Assembly: GCA_021613535.1 (NCBI GenBank)
Contig: CP075496.1
Location: 558,001-622,000 of the forward strand
Length of the DNA stretch: 64,000 bases
Source of the DNA: Adineta vaga
Taxonomy: Eukaryota > Animalia > Rotifera
Reading direction: 5' to 3'
The position numbers were made by a program, and so were the translations under genes. A model generated the notes under the pieces. The model was not told the DNA's origin. It was given only the letters and a program-made list of their open reading frames with translations, and did no database searches. Shown one piece after another: positions 12,515 to 25,269 of this stretch. The stretch's first letter is position 1, and the number at the start of each line of letters is the position of its first letter.

Positions 12515-13363
12515 TATGAAATCTAGTTCGTTATTATCACGTTTATCAATCAAGTAAAAAACAGATACCTATCTGGTGTGTTTTATCACATGTAATCATT
12601 AACAATCTAATAAAGCAATTGAAAAAGACATTAACCAATAGAGCGTAATATTTATTCGACTACCTACCTCATCTTGATGATGATGAGAGTCATATAGTAA
12701 ACGCGAATGAGATAAGAAATTTATTTATCAACGAAGGTTTTTATAAGATGTCATACATGTACGAAATATTTCTTAAAGAATGAAGAATTGATCGCAACAA
12801 AACAAAAAATAGTATCTAATCTGATTGTATGATTGAATATAGGAATGACAGTCGTGAGCCATATATTTTGCAACAATTCCATCGCGCTCTGGTGAAATAT
12901 GATGATGATGTCCTAACAACGTCGTTCTATGAAGATACTCCAGATATTTTTATCGTCTCAACGATATATCAGTCCTTTTTCATCAAAAATTCTATTGAGA
13001 ATCTCACATGACTTATAGGAATTTTTTGTGTGCTTTTTATCAAATTAAAAGGTTAAAATCGATTGATATTCTTCATAAAACAATTCTCATGTGACTATTG
13101 TGTTGTTAATATTGACACATATTACACGACTAAGAATAAAGAAATGTTATAGTGTCGGTAAATCAACAGTAACTATGGACAAAAGATTAATAATTTGGTT
13201 TGCAAATAACGAAGAAAGAGAATGATATACGTTTTTAGAAGGTTGTCTCCGTTTTATAAAGAACATTGACGATAAATAGTCGAAAAAGTAAAGCAATCTA
13301 ATATCAACATTTTTTCTATATACGTTTATAACATAAATTTAATTAAAAAGAAAAAAAACAAGC

Positions 13364-13861
13364 ATGGTTAGTGTAGAAACAATTCAATCAGGAACAGTTT
13401 TTGCTTGGTTTATGTTAATGATGATTATTCGACGTATTGTTATGTTAGGTGTAGCAATGAATGCAGGACGTGGAAAACCTTTTCCACCTGGTTCACGACC
13501 ACCAGAAGATTCGAAATTAAGTGGAGTTAAAATTCAACAATCTCCAACAACAACAACATCAAATCAAATTGAATTTACAAAAGATGTTCGTGTTAATAAA
13601 ACAATTCATAATGATACAGAAAATGATCCTTATTTTCTTATATTACTCATTGCAACTGCACTTTTTTCGGATGGTTATTCTCGAAATTGTTCAAGAACAA
13701 TTGCTTATGGTCTTTTATATTTAATTATACGTACACTTTATGCTGTTACTTATATCATAGGTTTACAACCATGGAGATCAATTATTTATGCTTTAGGATT
13801 AGCATTAACTTTAGCATGTAGTTTAGATCTTGTTATTACAATGTCACTTCGACCAAATTAA
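13364..13861 (+). CDS. MAPEG-family membrane protein (microsomal GST / PGE-synthase-like)
   Basis: 165 aa, 4 TM, with RPPED loop, HNDTENDPYF (cf. MGST1 HxNDLENxxxF), R-x-x-Y and QPWRS motifs. Confidence 0.82.
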   Translation: MVSVETIQSGTVFAWFMLMMIIRRIVMLGVAMNAGRGKPFPPGSRPPEDSKLSGVKIQQSPTTTTSNQIEFTKDVRVNKTIHNDTENDPYFLILLIATALFSDGYSRNCSRTIAYGLLYLIIRTLYAVTYIIGLQPWRSIIYALGLALTLACSLDLVITMSLRPN

Positions 13862-14113
13862 TATATTCTTATGATTGACAAAAGATTTGATCAAGATCGT
13901 ATAGTATATCTGTTTTATTTTGATAAGAATCATTTCTATTCTTAGTCTATCATTTGACTTTTTCATGTACTTTAATCAATTAATCGTCGTATTGTATTAT
14001 ATATACGAGAGAATAAAATCCATCTGTTTTTATTATTGATAAGCAAATAAAAATCAATGTTTTTGTTTTTAAATAATAATTAGTTTAAACTCAAAAGAAA
14101 GAAAAGCGAAAAG

Positions 14114-15940
14114 ATGATTTTCAATATGAGACTAACTTTTCTTTTCTCAAGTTTTTTCATTGGATTCTCTTTTGGTATGTATAATTATTGAAAATTAATT
14201 AATAAAAGAAAAGATTCTTCTTTTTTATTATTAAAAAGGTCAACAAGAATCTTATCCAATGTGGAAAGTATTTTGTAGTGGAAGACCACTTTATCGTGGT
14301 CGTCTTGATTCTATTGTAACACCAGGTGAACCAGCAGGTCATGTACATAAAGTTATGGGTGGAAATCATTTTAGTGCAGGTGTTAAAAATCAACCACCTG
14401 TTGAACTTTACGAAGTAACAAAATCAGCCAGTTGTACAACATGTTCTATTCATACAGTTGATAATAGTAATTATTGGCATCCTGATTTGTAAATCAATTC
14501 TTTCTTTCTTTCTTTTTTATATTTAAATTCATAAATGAATTATTTCTTCATAGATATTATCAATGGCCAAATGGAACATTTTCCTTAGTACCTGATGGTG
14601 GTTTAACAGTTTATTATATCGCCCGAACTGGTAATATTGGTGGTTCACAATATACAAATCCAAATTGGCAACCATTTCCTAAAGGTCTTCGAATGATTGC
14701 TGGTGATCCATGGAGAAGAACATTCAATGAATCTGATACAACACATAAAGCAATCAGTTTTGTTTGGTAAAAAAGAAAGCAGTATTTCTAATCTTAAATT
14801 TTAATAAACATTTATGGAAATAGTTTAACTGATTTTGGAATGCCAAATGCACCTGAAACAAATGGTTTTCAAACTGATAAATATTTTTGTAAAAATGGAT
14901 TTCGTATGCAAGTCTTCTTTCCAATGTGTTGGGATGGAATTAATTTAGATTCAACAGATCATCGATCACATATGGCATATCCAACTCAATATAATATTGG
15001 AGATTGTCCTTCAACTCATCCTGTCCGTTTACCTGCACTTTTCTTTGAAGCTTTTTATTCCGTAGATAAATTTCCACATGGAACAGGTCGACAACCATTT
15101 GTTCTATCAAATGGTGATCCAACTGGTTATGGATTTCATGGTGATTTTGTAAGAAAACTTCGTTTTCTTTTTATAGAAAAATTTATTTGTATGAAAATTC
15201 TCATTTAGGTTAATGGATGGGATTTTGATGTTCTTAAAAATATGTTAAATGATAAAACATGTCTTGCAAGTAATACAAATCTTGGAAATAATCCTGAACG
15301 TTGTTTACCATTACAACCATTTGTAAAGAAATCTGTTGATTCAAATTGTGAATTAGAAAAATCTATTCCATTAACAGAAAATATTGGAATGGTTGAACCA
15401 ATCAAACGTTTACCTGGTTGTAATCCAATAACACATTCAAATGCAATCAAATGTTCATTAGGTTATGATCCAAAATCTATGGATAATACAGATACATTTC
15501 ATATTCAATCAAAAATAACTGGTAAATATTTAACTTTTAATCCAATAACAGAAATTGTTTATGCAAATGCATCAATTGAAAATCCGACTTATCGTGAAAC
15601 ATGGGGATTAGGATGGGCGGCAAAGGATACAGGTCGTACAATACGTAATACAGAATTAAATCGACATTTAACTATGCAAGATATTCTACGTGTTCGTGGT
15701 CCTGAATCAGATACGTGGGAAATATTTAGTTTAGAAAAACAATCAAATACGGATTATTTTGCGATTCAAAATCGTCGACATGGGAAATATTTAAGAGTTG
15801 AATCAGATTTTACAATTAGTGGAACAACATCAATTCCGATTGATTCATGTCTTTTTCGATTAATTACACCTAATGGTGGATATGTTCTAGAAGGATTAAA
15901 AGTTTCTGATTTAAATCAATTATCAATTAATATTGGATAA
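14114..15940 (+). CDS. Secreted DUF1996-domain protein with C-terminal fascin/beta-trefoil-like domain; 5 exons, 526 aa
   Basis: Signal peptide in exon 1. Introns 14175-14238, 14489-14553, 14767-14823 and 15149-15208. DUF1996 motifs: RLDSIVTPG..GHVH..MGG, DNSNYWHP, FPKGLRMIAGD, FPMCWDG.NLDS.DH.SHMAY, DPTGYGFHGDFVNGWD. C-terminal repeats IQSKITGKYL / IQNRRHGKYL and WEIF. Confidence 0.9.
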
Positions 15941-16557
15941 ATTCAATCAATTTTCTCTTCTTTTTAATCTTTATATCAAAGAAAAGATTTTCATTAAATT
16001 ATATTCTTTCTCACAATTATCATAGTCATATAGTTTAGCAAGTGATATCACATATCTCACCGAAGACTAGTTCGTCACCTGAAAGAGATGGGGGTGCGTC
16101 TCCAAAATGCAGGATACATGACATTCCTGAGCTGAATTTTCATTCGAGAGAGAAGAAAACTAAACTTATCAATGTGCAATCGGTATTATTTATGATTGAG
16201 AAAAATAATGCTGACTCAACTTTTCATTGGAGATTAAAATCAGATTATGTATGAGTTAATAAAAAATGACGATTTTATATTGTCTACAATCTATTCCATT
16301 CTTTCATCTATGAAAAAAACGATTTTCTTGGCTTTTAAGAACAGGCTCCATTTGGACTCTGGTCGATCGTTCTAGGGTTAATTTATTTATTTCAGAAGAG
16401 TTTCTTTGGTTGAATAAATGACATGTATCAAATATTTCTTATCGAGATTCTTTATTATTTGATAAAGATAAAATTCTATGATGAAAAAGATATACATGTA
16501 GAACTTGAAATGTGTGATGAGGGTGCTATATAGGGTTTTCAAATAGGATAGCAGTCA

Positions 16558-16710
16558 TCCTATTCCGCGATGTTGAACATTTTGGAATAAGTTCCCACTC
16601 ATTCCCGGAATCGCGTCGTATAGAAATCGGTTGATTACTCAGTACATAGCAATTAGGGAGGGTGATGGGGAAGCATGCGATTCCGGAATGTGCAACATCG
16701 CAGAATAGGA
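16558..16710. repeat. Imperfect 30-bp inverted repeat, likely MITE remnant
   Basis: 16558-16587 (tcctattccgcgatgttgaacattttggaa) matches the reverse complement of 16681-16710 at 26/30 positions. Confidence 0.6.
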
Positions 16711-17021
16711 AGTATTCTCCACAATTCCCGTCTGTTATTCCTTCATCTGATATTTTTATTAGAAAATCTTTTGTATTTTCATTATTTATTGATATTTTTT
16801 TCCGTATGCATTTCTACCCTAGACGTGAATTCATATCTGATTATTTTCCTCTTTTCTAAAAGCTATTCAAATGAAATGTTCAAACTTTCATGTGTTTTTT
16901 TTAGATCAGTAGAACAGATGAAAGTTCAGACTGACAAAAACTCTATTTAAATTTGATAGAATTGAAAAACAACATAATATTTTATAAATTTAATATTACT
17001 GGTTTTCATCCTTATATTTAA

Positions 17022-17903
17022 TTAAAAATATTTTTGTATAAAATTCAACAAAATATTTTTAATTTCTTTGTTCATAAAAAATAAAACAATCATTTTAGTT
17101 GAAAAACACATCGTAATACTAATTAATGCTAATAAATATAAAGGTGTTGGTGGTTTAATATGTTTAAATAATAAATGCCAAAAAACAAGAATCAAATATG
17201 GAAAACCAGCTATAACAAGAATCATTATTAAAATGAATATATTTCTCATTAAAATCAATTCACGTTTATAATTTGGACGAAATGTTTTATTTGGATTTAA
17301 ATTTGTTACTCGATTTCGAGATTTGTTTGCTGAATAAATAATTATTCCATAAATAAAAATAATTATTGAAAGTGGAATTAAATAAGCTATTGTTATTGCT
17401 AAAAATGATGATAGAAAAACTTTTGTTGAATTTAAACAAGTACGTGATTCAATTTCAAATCCAAAACCATCTGGAACATACATTGGACCTAATCCACCTA
17501 ATAATGCAATAAGATAATTTAATATTATTAAATAAATATGTGTTCGATATGTTAATAAATATTTATGTTTATAAAATATTGAAAAAAATAATCGACTAAT
17601 TGATTGAATTAAATATGATATTGGAACAGATATACAAACAACTGTATAACAATATGAACGAAAGATACATAATGGTTGATGAATAAACCAAGTATCTTGT
17701 ATTCCATAAATATCTGTTGATAATTGAACAATTGAATAAATCATTGTTAAAATTATTGTATTACTTGTTATCATATTTGTTATTGTATGACATTGATTAT
17801 TTAATAAAATAATTAATAGCATTAATAAGCCAAATAATAAACTTATTATTGAACAAAATATTGAAAATGAAAAACAAATTTTATAAAATAAATCCGAAGT
17901 CAT
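17022..17903 (-). CDS. Divergent class A (rhodopsin-like) GPCR
   Basis: 7 TM segments, TM3 Cys (PLC), QSISRLF in place of DRY, ECL2 Cys (RTC), AYLIPL, GFPY, FFMNKEIK tail. Intronless. Confidence 0.85.
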   Translation of the reverse strand: MTSDLFYKICFSFSIFCSIISLLFGLLMLLIILLNNQCHTITNMITSNTIILTMIYSIVQLSTDIYGIQDTWFIHQPLCIFRSYCYTVVCISVPISYLIQSISRLFFSIFYKHKYLLTYRTHIYLIILNYLIALLGGLGPMYVPDGFGFEIESRTCLNSTKVFLSSFLAITIAYLIPLSIIIFIYGIIIYSANKSRNRVTNLNPNKTFRPNYKRELILMRNIFILIMILVIAGFPYLILVFWHLLFKHIKPPTPLYLLALISITMCFSTKMIVLFFMNKEIKNILLNFIQKYF

Positions 17904-19882
17904 GTTTTTATGAATAAATTATACTTGAATGTTACTTACAAAGAAGTACTCTGCAAAATGATAAAAAAAGAAAATCTTTCTTTTTCTTTTTTTTCGTCAT
18001 CTATTTCATTCGAGTGTAGTGAACCATACTTGAATTAAATTCATTATTTTTTACGTAGATAATTTTCTAGAATACATTTTCTTTTTTTTTTAAAGAATCA
18101 TGTTTTAGTGCGTACTCATGCAACGTAACTCGATTAACATGACATTCAATCCAGTCTGAATTTGTCTAATTTTATAAAATATTCTTTTATTTAAAATTGA
18201 AATGAATATTGTTGTAATTTGTCAACTGAAGTTTTATTTCAAATATATCATAAGTTATTAATCAAGTTCAAGTTCGGTACATTATTATATTTGGTAGAGA
18301 TGAGGAAGACGAGTTTTATTTTAATTTAACTTACCAGAAAACAGTCCGAGTTGTCGAAAAGATTTCTAGTCTCGAATATGATGGCTATATAGGGGATAGC
18401 TAGGAGTGCTATGTTCTTAGTTGGTCCGTGATCAAGTTGAGATTTTACTAGATATCCTTATAGGACTCGTTTTCACCCATCATACCAAAGTTTTGAGTTT
18501 TTACATGAAACTTTGCTCATATCAAGCACTGTTGAGTTCGAAAGTAGGTGATTTATAAATCGATATAAATGAATCGATTTATCAATACTAAATTTTTGAA
18601 GCAAAAATTTAAATTAATTCTAAACATTTTTTTTCGGTGTTTTTAAATCGACCTTATTTATAAATCTAATCTTCATTTATAAACGCATCGAAGATTTATA
18701 AATGCTTGATTGCTTTATAAATCCCATTTATTTAAAATATATCATCCACGAAACGTCTTTTGTGGACCAGTTTGTGGACCAAAAGTATAAAGATTCTGAG
18801 ATGAAAATGATACTTGAATAAGGGTTAAACTTTCCAACATTTGATCCCATCCAGGGCTTCACGTGTGACGGGACAAGAAAATTTCGTATACCCAGGTCGA
18901 TCAATCCCAGTGTCAAATCTTACAGGATCCGTATTGGAATCCGTCTGACGATCCAACACCTGGAATTATTAGTACGCTTTCTCTCTTTATGCTGCTACAC
19001 TGTATTTTAGTGGACATCATTATATATAGATGTAAAATTTTCTTTCTAAACTCATTTAATTCAGAGAAGACAAGAGAACTAAAAGTAATGATGCGCATAC
19101 CTTTTTAACAGTACCGGAGCTGGAATTTTCGTTGCTTTCCAAACACCAATAACAACTAATATTATTCGCTCTCGTGATTACTTATTTTGAATATCTGTTG
19201 AAATTAGTAAATATAATAGTATGTATCATCAACTTGTTTACATCTATCGTTAAATTAGAAACTTTAATAATCTGGAAAAAACTAAAAAATGATCAGGTGT
19301 ATTTATTAAAAACTCATTTAGTTTTCTTTCAAAATTAGAGCCACTCAAATAGTACAATTGTTTATGGTGGTGCGTCGTTCACATGTTATTTCCACGTCAA
19401 TAAAAAAGAAGTTAAAGGAAATATATTTACACCATGGGTCTAAAAAGAACGAAAAAATTATGTTTGTTCGCTTTCATCTACGTCTAGTTTCGTTCGTCCT
19501 CATAAATATCGACATACCGACCCCGTACGCTTGAAATAAATTAGAAATTGTTTGTTAAGCAACTTCAAAGATAGAGGGTCTCACCATCGTCAATCTATTT
19601 CTATCTATTATGTGAAAATATTGGCAAACTATTTATTTATTTAGGAAATACGTATTGATATTCAAACTACAATACTTGAAATGATTCAAAAAAAAAAGAA
19701 AAAAATATTAAAAAATGTTGTGTATTACGATAAATAAAATAAAATAAAATCTAATTTCTCTCTTATACGTTAAACTACTAAATGCAATAAAAGAAAATAA
19801 TCTATGATAAAAAAGTGCATTTTAGACGTCTTGTTAAAGTACTTAATCATCAGCAACACCATCTTTGAATAGCTTGACATGT

Positions 19883-20405
19883 TTATGTATTGAACATCCA
19901 ACATTTTTTATCCAATGTTGTCCATTCTAAATTAGTTGTACTGTCACGTTTTGCTCCAGTAGCGTATAAACTGACAGCAGCTTCGTTGTTCTTATCATAT
20001 GCAGAACGCCAATTACGATCAGTTGTAAGTGCGAAACCGCCACATTTTCGATCACTATTGCATAAAGTAACTGCCTGAGACCATGGAAGAATACAATAAC
20101 CTCCAACCACTGTTACTTTTTCACAAGGATAGCTCTTCGCATCATACGTAACTCCAGCACCTAAACTGATTCGTACGTAATCCAATCGCATTGAGAACTA
20201 GAACAGCGAGGAAGAAGACAAAATATTTCTATATGAACATATTATGTGTATTTTTCATAGATACATACTTTAGTTTTGCTATAGTACGTGATTCTGGAAA
20301 AAGCTCTTCCAAACCTCTAAGCAATTCATTATCAGTTATTTTTCTTGAATAGACCATCATTGGAATAAATATAGTTAAGATTAAAACCACTTGCATAAGA
20401 TTCAT
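19883..20405 (-). pseudogene. Small secreted Cys-containing protein, 2 exons, apparently frameshifted
   Basis: Signal peptide exon 20405-20269 and intron 20198-20268. The spliced frame reads NSQCDWITYESV*, while the Cys-rich remainder lies in another frame, implying an indel near 20165-20175. Confidence 0.55.
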
Positions 20406-20815
20406 CTTTGCTGTTTTAATATTCTTGATTTCAATGTGCTAAATAAAAAACAATAATTGATTTATTTACCAATTACTTCCGATTCTTTTTTTATGAGGAA
20501 ACAACATAAAAGTTTGAATCCGTAGACCAATTCTTGACGCTCACAGCTCAAAATCGAGTTGTTTAACAAAAGAAGTGTGAAATATACACGCTTAACTTAT
20601 CTAACTAGAATAATATAACTTACATTGACAAAAATTTATTATTGATCGTTGTGTTAATATTTTTTTCAGTGTTGTTATTACGATTTGACTGTCATTTATA
20701 TACATTTTGTTTATCGTTATCTTCTGTTTTTGAGCCCGCTCTAGCATGACCAAACAATCACCCTTTAGTTTTAGTTATAACTATTTTTTTACTTGGATAT
20801 GCTCCCAATCATTAA

Positions 20816-20841
20816 TCTCTCTCTCTCTCTCTCTCTCTCTC
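20816..20841. repeat. (CT)n microsatellite
   Basis: Direct reading. Confidence 0.9.
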
Positions 20842-22604
20842 GTTTCGGGTCACTTGAATGAAAAAGGGGCAACTATTTTGTAGGCAAAGTAACAAAAATT
20901 TATTTAGATATTATTAGGTACAAAACTATTACGAAGAATACAGTAGATTTTTAACAAAAAAATAATGATTTATTCTAAATAAAAACTCTTATATTCTTTG
21001 TATCAATTTCAATGTTAATAATATCGAAAAGCAAAGATGAGGATAACGACCATTGCTGACAAAAGAATCCAGTATACAAAAGAGAAATTGATTGAGTAAT
21101 CTTTATACATATTTCATAGTAAATTATCCTAATGGTAGACATACTTTTCTCATATAGATCATTTGCTTTAATCTGATGAGTAAATTACGAAGATTTTTTG
21201 AATTTGAAAAGTAAATCAAAGAAAATCTGAATGTTTATAGACAGTCAATTACCAGAGTGAACAAAAACAGGACAATAAAAATAGATTTTCAAAGCATTGT
21301 AAAAAATATGAATAACAAACGAAAACAAGTTTAGGAAATAATTCAATAACATGGCAGGAAATATGTGTGTACATTTACAATCATCTATTTTTTTTCTTAT
21401 CCAATTTTTACGAAATAAATACCAATATGTTGATGAAAGCTATGCATACACGTGTGTTATATTTTCTTGTCAGTAGAATATTTGCTCCTTGTTTATCCTA
21501 ACTATCAATAGGATTGATTAACGATTTTGTATACGTACGTAATAGAAGAAAGAAAGAACGAGAATGTGGATTGATGTTGCTTATAAATGCAAAAAAAGGT
21601 TTTATTTTCATTGATGACTGGATGTTTAAAATATCGACGCATACAGGTGTCCTAGCACGTTATTATTGATGTCGAAACATAATGTTTAAATATTACAGTC
21701 ATGATTTCTCATCATATATTACTGTAGATATGCAATGAAATGAATCAGCGTCTTTTCATATTTGGATTATAACTGATCTGAGAAAAAGCTTATTTAATTA
21801 GAAGAAAAATAGATGCAGTAAAAATGAATTTGTAGATTAAAAGAAAACATAATATTACTAATAACGCTCATCCTCTGGATTCGCTGATCCTTTTCTAAAA
21901 GAATGATAAGAGTGCTCAGTAAAGCCCTCAAGCGGGACCTGGACTGGACTGGATCTCAGTCCAAGCAAACTTTTTACATAAAAGCTTTTTAAAAGTGTTT
22001 TTCATCTTTTCACCATTTCAAAGTATCATTAAATCATTTATTGAAAGAGAAAAGAGAAACCAAGTACTGTTTGTAAATATTCATGAATCTGATCGCTTGA
22101 TACCTCTCAAAAATGTATTATCCATATTTATTTTCCTTTCTATAAGGCTATTAAACGAACGTCTAATCGCTCGTGGTCTTTTTTCTATTACCCTTGCAAT
22201 CATATGAGTGTTATGTGAGAGATTCGTTCATCATAGTAGATCAATTCATAACCGAAGACATAGAAAACTTGCATGATTGCGTCGTTTACAATATAGGTTT
22301 CATTCTCCTTTTCACTTTCAGGAAACAGAACGTTGTCGGATGCGTTCTCGTAGATCATCAATTAAGTGCTTTCGAAGAAACGCCCAAATCACGTGAAAGC
22401 CACTCAAATCCATACTCTGAAGTATCACTCTCTAAATCAACGTCTAGTCGTTCATCGGCCTCCCACCGGTCGGCCACCTATGGCTAGCCATTAACATGAA
22501 CGCCTTCATTGTTTCGTCCACTTTTGATTCATTTCTAAAACGAATAAGTGAATTTTCTTTGGTCTTCTCTTCAAAAGGCACTGACTTTGTAGTACTATAA
22601 AGGG

Positions 22605-22980
22605 TTCTAGTTCATCGATCTCGATTACCCTTTTGTCGAACTTTATATGATATATTAGAATTCATCAATTGTTAATTAGCTAATTAATCGATGAGAAATT
22701 AAGTGAAACTGACGTCAGATTCGAGTTTCTCATCCACGATTATCCTTCGGTCAATCCTTACATAATAGTATAATAATTGATAATTAGCTAATTAATTAAA
22801 TAAATAATTAGAATTATGAAAAACTAACACCAGATTCGGATTCCTCGACCTCGATTACCCTTGGTCAATCATTTTCTGATGACCAGCGTCAGGTTTCTTT
22901 TGAGTTATAAAATGCTGCAACCTGATTGACTTGGATAAACTCACAAACGCACAAACTTTTAGCATTTTAAATACTTAATC
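22605..22980. repeat. Degenerate ~110-bp tandem subrepeats, probable non-autonomous (Helitron/Helentron-like) element remnant
   Basis: Motif cagattcggattcctcgacctcgattaccc recurs degenerately at ~22610, ~22716 and ~22831. aattagctaattaat recurs at ~22674 and ~22782. Confidence 0.45.
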
Positions 22981-23023
22981 GATTTAAAAGTCTAGTTTAT
23001 TTGTTTATAAATTCTTCCGCCTA

Positions 23024-23290
23024 CACTGTAAAAAAAGCGCAGAATAATAAACCCTTTTTAGGGATTTATTAACCTTATGAGTTATAGGAAGGGTTTTTTA
23101 TACGTTGCACTTTCGTATACCCTTAAAGGTTTCATTAACTTCATAAACCCTCGAAAACGACTTTTCTTTTCTACGGTTCTTCTGAAGGGCTTATGAGAGG
23201 GTACTTTACGTTCATAAACCTAAATAGGGTTCATGTCACGACCATCAATCCTTTTCGAGGGTTTGTAATTCAACGCTTTTTTTTACAGTG
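23024..23290. mobile_element. MITE, CACTG...CAGTG termini, TA target duplication (CMC/EnSpm-like)
   Basis: TA|cactgtaaaaaaagcg ... cgcttttttttacagtg|TA; imperfect TIR of about 30-40 bp. Confidence 0.85.
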
Positions 23291-23339
23291 TACCCGGAAG
23301 ATTTCTAAATCTGCACAGGAGCTTACGACTTTCCCTGAA

Positions 23340-24083
23340 CAGTTGTAAGAGGCGACCCTGGGCTGTCGGTAGCCAATCGTCTGTTCATCAGGCTTCCAAT
23401 CTCTAGCTGAACATTAAACAACTCTTGCTAACGAAAAGAAACATAGATGCGTAAATGCACAAAATCATGTTTTCTTCGGCGGGTGGATTGTTAGGTCTTG
23501 TGTGAGACAATCAAAGGAGGAAATGATAATTAAGCAATTGAAGCAATATCGAATACAAATAGCAGCGTTAAGCGAAACGTGTATGTATGATTTCGGTGTT
23601 AGATTAGTAAGCAACTACACGATGATATATTCAGGTGTATCACGCGACAGTAAAGCACGAAAAGCTCATGGCGTAGCAATATGCCTTGATGAAACTGTTA
23701 CGAAGGTTTGGAAGGATTCAGGAAGTGAATGGGAGCGAATAAGCGAACGAATTGTCAAAATTCGCATGCATTGTTCACCTATTCATATTACCATAGTTGC
23801 AGTATATTCTCCTGTTAATTCGATAACTAAATAAATGGCTGATGAAAGTGATAAATTCTATATTGATTTGCAAGATACAATCAATAACGTGTCGACTAAC
23901 GACATGGTCATGATAATGAGTGACCTAAATGCCCGAGTTGGTAACAACTAACAAAAACGATAACAACACTAGATAAGAAGTAGTACTGGGCCATTCACAG
24001 TAGACGCAGAAAATGAGAATGGGACAAGACTTACTGACTTCTGTGAAATCAGCAATATCATAATAGCAAACACATTTTTCAAA
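23340..24083 (+). mobile_element. Degenerate RTE-type non-LTR retrotransposon 5' fragment (APE endonuclease)
   Basis: Motifs IAALSET, HGVAI, ISERIVKIR, IVAVYSP, DKFY.DLQ, SDLNARVG, NENG.RL.DFC..N..IANTFF. Several in-frame stops, and no reverse transcriptase follows. Confidence 0.85.
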
Positions 24084-25269
24084 GCACAGGGAATAAAAAA
24101 TCATACAAAATCATGTACAAAAGCAAAAACGTGGTGCAAGAAACACAAAATTACTTAACAAAATGATGTAGCTGATTTTAATACACCTATTAGAACTAAC
24201 CTAAACTAGTATGATGACTATTATCTAAACTGATTTTATCAGAGGATAATAGATTGATAGAAGTTTCTTGGTATAATTCTAATGGTATCTACACATGACT
24301 CTCGTCGAATAAATACAAAAGACTCTTTTTCTCTTTCTACTTCTTGTTTATTTGTTTTTTCTTTTCTTCTTAATCTGCTTGTTACCTTTTTGTGTATCAT
24401 GTTTCTCATGCGACACCGGAGACGGTAAGGGTCTATAAATTTCAGGTTTGGCAAAAACCTTTGAATAGTTTGAGATTCTCGAATTGACTAATAAACCTCA
24501 TGCACATCTGACCCGACGTCTTCTATATTTTAAAATAAATAGATGATTTATATACATGTAAAATATCTCATATTAATAACGAAGAGTTAAAAAGATTCTT
24601 TATATTCACTAAATTAACAAATCAGAGTTAGATTAGTTTCTATCAGTTCAGAAAATCATAGTAAATTATCGAAAAACGTATCTCATTAGATAAGAAGAGA
24701 CAAATTTTTATTTCATTACTCATTGATCATTTTATTCTACATTTTATCGAAAAATACATCTCTGCCCAACACAAGTTATACAATAGAATAAGAAAGAAAG
24801 AAATATTTGCATCTATTGTATCAATGCTATTATTTGAAATATCGTATAGACGTTTGTTTAGTGACTGAATTTGTGCTGATTCATAAATCTCTACCTCATT
24901 TATAAACGTCCTAAATTTTTGCTAAAATCATTTCGGACCCGATAGTGATATCAAGATCTCAATTAGAGCAGATCATCTACAAAATTTCAGAATATTTAGA
25001 CTAGACATTTTTGAGATAGAAGTCTTTTACCATAAACACATTCATTACGGATGTTGCTATATAAAGGAAAATTTCGACCAGAAACTCGAAAACTTCGGGA
25101 ATTAGCTACTCTAGTTCAGACCTTCATATGAGAAAAGTTCCATATAAGAATTCGAAACTTTGATTTAAGGGTGTGTGTGTGTGTTATTGAAGAAGAGATA
25201 TTTAGACCCACACCTTCAAGATGGTTCCTTACTTTCGGTTCGAAACAAAGTGTTTTTTTTTCTCAAAAT

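Noticed and set aside
18891-18964. Short cccaggtcga...cctgga segment resembling the 25428 MITE terminus
   Set aside because: The right end is degenerate and the flanks do not form a TSD; probably a relic but not supportable.
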